DNA from: an uncultured Lentisphaeraceae bacterium
GTDB lineage: Bacteria; Verrucomicrobiota; Kiritimatiellia; RFP12; UBA1067
Assembly: GCA_964567665.1 (NCBI GenBank)
Contig: CAZMNN010000009.1
Location: 902 to 64,901, forward strand
Length of the DNA: 64,000 bases
Direction of reading: 5' to 3'
This document shows positions 60,362-64,000 of the stretch, one piece after another. The position numbers and the translations under genes are program-made. Positions within the stretch are counted from its first letter, which is position 1, and each line of letters begins with the position of its first letter. The notes below the pieces were generated by a model that did not search any database, was not told the DNA's origin, and was given only the letters and a program-made list of their open reading frames with translations.

Positions 60362-61726
60362 ATGAGCAAGTATGTGCAGAATGTCTTGGCGGACGTCAAG
60401 GCGAAGAATCCGAACGAACCGGAATACATTCAGGCGGTGGAGGAGGTTCTCCTTACGCTTGATCCGGTGCTGGAGGCGAACAAGCAGTATGAGGCGTCGG
60501 CCATTCTTGAGCGCATTGTCGAGCCTGAGCGTGTGATCATGTTCCGCGTTCCGTGGATTGACGACAAGGGCTTCGTCCGCGTAAACCGTGGCTACCGCGT
60601 TCAGTACAACTCGGCGATCGGGCCTTACAAGGGCGGTCTCCGCTTCGACCCCACGGTGAACCTTTCCGTCCTCAAGTTCCTCGGCTTCGAGCAGGTCTTC
60701 AAGAACTCGCTCACCACGCTTCCGATGGGCGGCGGCAAGGGCGGTTCGGACTTCAATCCGAAGCAGAGCCCGCACACCCCCGGCGTCCGCTGCAGCGACA
60801 ACGAGGTGATGCGCTTCTGCCAGAGCTTCATGACCGAGTTGTACCGCCACATCGGGCCTGACACCGACGTTCCGGCGGGCGACATGAACGTAGGCGGCCG
60901 CGAGATCGGATATCTCTTCGGCCAGTACAAGCGCATCGCGAACGAGTGGACCGGCGTCCTCACCGGCAAGGCCCGCGAGTTCGGCGGATCGCTCGTCCGT
61001 CCCGAGGCAACCGGCTACGGCGACGTCTACTTCGCCGAGAACATGCTTGCGGTCAAGGGCGAGACGCTTGAAGGCAAGGTCTGCGCCGTTTCCGGATCCG
61101 GCAACGTCGCATCCTTCGCGACGCAGAAGCTCATCCGCCTTGGCGCGAAGGTCGTCACGCTCTCCGACCGCTCCGGTACGCTTTATGTCGAGAACGGCTA
61201 CACCGAGCAGCTTCTCAACGAGGTGATGAACCTCAAGAACGTGAAGCGCGGCGAGCTCTCCGAACTCGCTTCCGCCGGCAAGTTCTTCAAGGGCGCGAAT
61301 CCGTGGCAGATTGCGGACAAGCTTGACTGCGCGTTCCCCTGCTCGCGCCAGAACGAACTCAACGGCGAGGATGCCAAGTATCTGCTCGATCACGGCGTCA
61401 AGCTCGTCGGCGAAGGCGCGAACATGCCCTCCACCCCGGAGGCCGTCGAGGCGTTCCTCGGTGCGAACATCCTCTACTCGCCCGGCAAGGCCTCCAACGC
61501 CGGCGGCGTTGCGACGTCTGGCCTTGAGATGAGCCAGAACTCCGAGCGTCTCTCCTGGTCTGCCGAGGAGGTCGATGCGAAGCTTCGCGGCATCATGAAG
61601 GACATCCACGACAATGCGTACGAGGCGGCGGCCAAGTACGGCAAGAAGGGCAACTACGTCGTCGGCGCGAACATCGCAGGCTTCGTGAAGGTCGCCAACG
61701 CCATGGTCGCGCAGGGCGTCTGCTGA
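60362..61726 (+). CDS. gdhA: NADP-specific glutamate dehydrogenase
   Basis: A GGGKGG motif and a Rossmann GSGNVA motif, with overall strong similarity to GdhA. RBS AAGGAA. Confidence 0.95.
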   Translation: MSKYVQNVLADVKAKNPNEPEYIQAVEEVLLTLDPVLEANKQYEASAILERIVEPERVIMFRVPWIDDKGFVRVNRGYRVQYNSAIGPYKGGLRFDPTVNLSVLKFLGFEQVFKNSLTTLPMGGGKGGSDFNPKQSPHTPGVRCSDNEVMRFCQSFMTELYRHIGPDTDVPAGDMNVGGREIGYLFGQYKRIANEWTGVLTGKAREFGGSLVRPEATGYGDVYFAENMLAVKGETLEGKVCAVSGSGNVASFATQKLIRLGAKVVTLSDRSGTLYVENGYTEQLLNEVMNLKNVKRGELSELASAGKFFKGANPWQIADKLDCAFPCSRQNELNGEDAKYLLDHGVKLVGEGANMPSTPEAVEAFLGANILYSPGKASNAGGVATSGLEMSQNSERLSWSAEEVDAKLRGIMKDIHDNAYEAAAKYGKKGNYVVGANIAGFVKVANAMVAQGVC

Positions 61727-61755
61727 CGCTGACTGCACACCACTGTGCGTTCGGA

Positions 61756-61790
61756 AGGGAGGGCCGGCGACCGCTTGCCCTCCCTTTTTG
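61756..61790 (+). terminator. rho-independent terminator after gdhA
   Basis: A GGGAGGGC - 12 nt - GCCCTCCC stem followed by TTTTT. Confidence 0.7.
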
Positions 61791-61825
61791 TACGGAGCGT
61801 CGCTATTGAACGCAGTGGGGTGTTT

Positions 61826-61834
61826 TGGTAGAAT
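61826..61834 (+). promoter_or_regulatory. putative extended -10 (TGgTAGAAT) for rpiB-glyA
   Basis: It lies 34 nt upstream of the ATG at 61868. Confidence 0.35.
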
Positions 61835-61867
61835 ACCGCTCAAATTTCAGAAAGGTTTGCTACACTC

Positions 61868-63535
61868 ATGAAGATTGCTATCGGCGCCGATCATGGCGGA
61901 TTCGAACTCAAGGCCAGGCTGATGGCCGCATTCAGGGACTGTCAGGACATGGGGTGCTTCGATCCCGAGGCCTGCGACTATCCGGACTACGCCGAAGAGG
62001 TCGCCATGGCCGTGGCGAAGGGCGATGCCGACTTCGGAGTTCTCCTCTGCCGCACCGGCATCGGGATGTCGATGGCGGCAAACCGCTTCCACAATGTTCG
62101 TGCGGCTCTGTGCCGCACGGTAAAGGACGCCGAGACGGCGCGACGCCACAATGGCGCGAACGTGCTGTGCATCGGCGCCGACGTCACGGACGAGAAGACG
62201 GCGCGTGACATGCTTGCGGCGTTTGTCTCCACGTCCGCCGATGATGCGCCGCGTCACGTCATCCGCCGCCGGAAGGTCGAGCGCGCGAAGCGGCTCGCCG
62301 ATTTCTCGCTGCTCGCGTCCGAGGATGTCGAGGTCTGGCAGGCGATAAAGGATCAGGTCGTCCAGGAGGATACCGAGATTAACCTCATCGCATCGGAGAA
62401 CACTTCGTCGCGGGCGGTGAGGCTTGCGGCCGGAAGCGTTCTCATGAACAAGTACGCCGAGGGCTATCCGGGCAAGCGGTGGTATTCGGGATGCCTGCCG
62501 GTGGACGCCGCAGAGGAGCTGGCGCGTCAGAGGGCTTGCCAGCTTTTCGGCGCAGAGCACGCGAACGTGCAGCCGCACTGCGGAAGCTCGGCGAACATGG
62601 CCGTGTACCTTGCGACGATCAAGCCCGGCGACACGATCCTTTCGCTGTCGCTCGACCAGGGCGGACACCTTTCGCACGGCTCTCCGGTCAACTTCTCCGG
62701 AAAGCTCTACAACATAGTTCCGTACACGGTGGACAGGCAGACCGAACGCCTCGACTACGATGCGCTTGAGAGGCAGGCCATGGAGGTTCGTCCGAAGATA
62801 CTTCTTTCCGGCGCCAGCGCATACCCCCGTGCGATAGACTTCCGCCGCATACGCGAAATCTGCGACAAGTGCGGCGCGATAATGATGGTGGACATGGCGC
62901 ACATCGCCGGTCTTGTAGCCGGCGGCGCGCACGAATCCCCTGTGCCGTACGCCGACTTCGTCACCAGCACCACGCACAAGACCCTTCGCGGTCCGCGTGG
63001 CGGTCTCGTGCTCTGCAAGGAGAAGTATGCCAAGGCGCTCGACTCCGCAGTGTTTCCGGGAATGCAGGGCGGTCCGCTCGAAAACATAATCGCCGCCAAG
63101 GCGATCTGCTTCCGCGAGTGGATGAAGCCTGAGATGAAGGACTACGCCGCGCAGATCGTCAAGAACTGCAAGGCGATGTGCCAGGCGGTGCAGAGCCGCG
63201 GCTTCAGGATCGTCAGCGGCGGCACGGACAACCACCTCTTCCTCGTGGACGTGAAGGCGAAGGGCATGACCGGCAAGGATGCCGCCGCAGCGCTCGACGC
63301 CGCCGGAATCGTAGTGAACAAGAACACGATTCCGTACGACACCGAATCGCCTTTCAGGACGAGCGGCATCCGCGTGGGAACTGCGTCCATCACCACACGC
63401 GGAATGAAGGAGGCGGAGTCCGCCACAATCGGCGGATGGATTGCGGACATACTTTCCGACATCACCAACACCTCGCTCCAGCAGAAGATAAAGGCGGAGG
63501 CCGCAAAGCTCGTTGCCGGCTTCCCTGTGCCGTGA
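61868..63535 (+). CDS. glyA: in-frame fusion of ribose-5-phosphate isomerase B with serine hydroxymethyltransferase
   Basis: Residues 1-150 align with RpiB ([23 protein letters not shown]). Residues ~165-555 align end to end with SHMT ([40 protein letters not shown]). No stop or frameshift lies between them. Confidence 0.85.
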   Translation: MKIAIGADHGGFELKARLMAAFRDCQDMGCFDPEACDYPDYAEEVAMAVAKGDADFGVLLCRTGIGMSMAANRFHNVRAALCRTVKDAETARRHNGANVLCIGADVTDEKTARDMLAAFVSTSADDAPRHVIRRRKVERAKRLADFSLLASEDVEVWQAIKDQVVQEDTEINLIASENTSSRAVRLAAGSVLMNKYAEGYPGKRWYSGCLPVDAAEELARQRACQLFGAEHANVQPHCGSSANMAVYLATIKPGDTILSLSLDQGGHLSHGSPVNFSGKLYNIVPYTVDRQTERLDYDALERQAMEVRPKILLSGASAYPRAIDFRRIREICDKCGAIMMVDMAHIAGLVAGGAHESPVPYADFVTSTTHKTLRGPRGGLVLCKEKYAKALDSAVFPGMQGGPLENIIAAKAICFREWMKPEMKDYAAQIVKNCKAMCQAVQSRGFRIVSGGTDNHLFLVDVKAKGMTGKDAAAALDAAGIVVNKNTIPYDTESPFRTSGIRVGTASITTRGMKEAESATIGGWIADILSDITNTSLQQKIKAEAAKLVAGFPVP

Positions 63536-64000
63536 CCGTCGGTTTCGTGAGCCTTGGCTGCGCGAAGAACGCAGCCGATCTTGAAGTGCGGGCGGGGCGT
63601 TTCCTCTCCGAGGGATGGACGCTCGCACCTGATCCGGACAGGTGCGACACGCTTGTCGTGAACACTTGCGCGTTCATCGCCTCCGCCCGTGAGGAGGCGG
63701 AGCGCGAGATTCGCCGTGCGCTTGAGCTGAAGCGTCGCGGCGACGTGAAGTGCGTGGTCGTGGCCGGCTGCTACCCGGAACGCTATCCGGAACGCGCCGA
63801 GATGTTCCCCGGCGTTGATGCGTGGGAGGGTGTGCCGAAGAGGTTCGATTGCCAGCGCGTTCCGGGGCTGAGGTTCTCAGGGAAGGCGTATGCCTATCTC
63901 AAGATTGCTGAAGGATGCGCCCATCGCTGCGCGTACTGCGCAATCCCCGGCATACGCGGCGGCTACCGTTCGCGTCCGCTCAGGGCAGTCCTGCGGGATG
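63532..64000 (+). CDS. rimO: radical-SAM methylthiotransferase, RimO/MiaB family (3' end lies outside the window)
   Basis: [19 protein letters not shown], and [16 protein letters not shown] with the CxxxCxxC cluster. The GTG overlaps the glyA stop. Confidence 0.65.
   Translation, partial: MTVGFVSLGCAKNAADLEVRAGRFLSEGWTLAPDPDRCDTLVVNTCAFIASAREEAEREIRRALELKRRGDVKCVVVAGCYPERYPERAEMFPGVDAWEGVPKRFDCQRVPGLRFSGKAYAYLKIAEGCAHRCAYCAIPGIRGGYRSRPLRAVLRD

Overview
This is a 64-kb window of high-GC (~60-65%) bacterial chromosome, densely coded and mostly on the + strand. Housekeeping genes dominate: a TPR protein, rmuC, prfB, thiamine pyrophosphokinase, a NagA-like deacetylase, smc, ribE, gyrA, punA, murF-murD, purM, the nusA-infB-rbfA-truB-ribF operon, guaA, gdhA, an rpiB-glyA fusion and partial rimO. 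Two accessory loci (26.5-36 kb and 50.5-60.1 kb) each begin with a large secreted 'autotransporter-associated beta-strand repeat' protein and continue with giant putative glycan-active proteins: a CBM-containing protein, a 1305-aa LamG protein and a 2125-aa GH28 protein. This content fits a PVC-type (Lentisphaerae/Verrucomicrobia-like) polysaccharide degrader; that assignment is inference only. The most unusual element is a 1.7-kb gene-free region (6364-8080) between the nagA-like gene and smc. It is relatively AT-rich and built from about 8 imperfect copies of a ~150-bp unit, 4 of them in perfect tandem register and one inverted. Each unit carries four ~10-bp iteron-like direct repeats (aacgcaaag). 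A diverged fragment of the same family sits at 26.2 kb, beside the promoter of the first accessory locus. Other notable points are an in-frame RpiB-SHMT fusion, a NagA reduced to its TIM barrel, a stand-alone PurH IMP-cyclohydrolase domain, a riboflavin synthase with a (SCGG)n tail, a secreted W-P repeat protein, a good sigma-54 promoter with two upstream dyad sites in front of gdhA, and a recurring TGGTAnAAT extended -10 motif. No tRNA, rRNA, CRISPR array, transposase or integrase was recognised.
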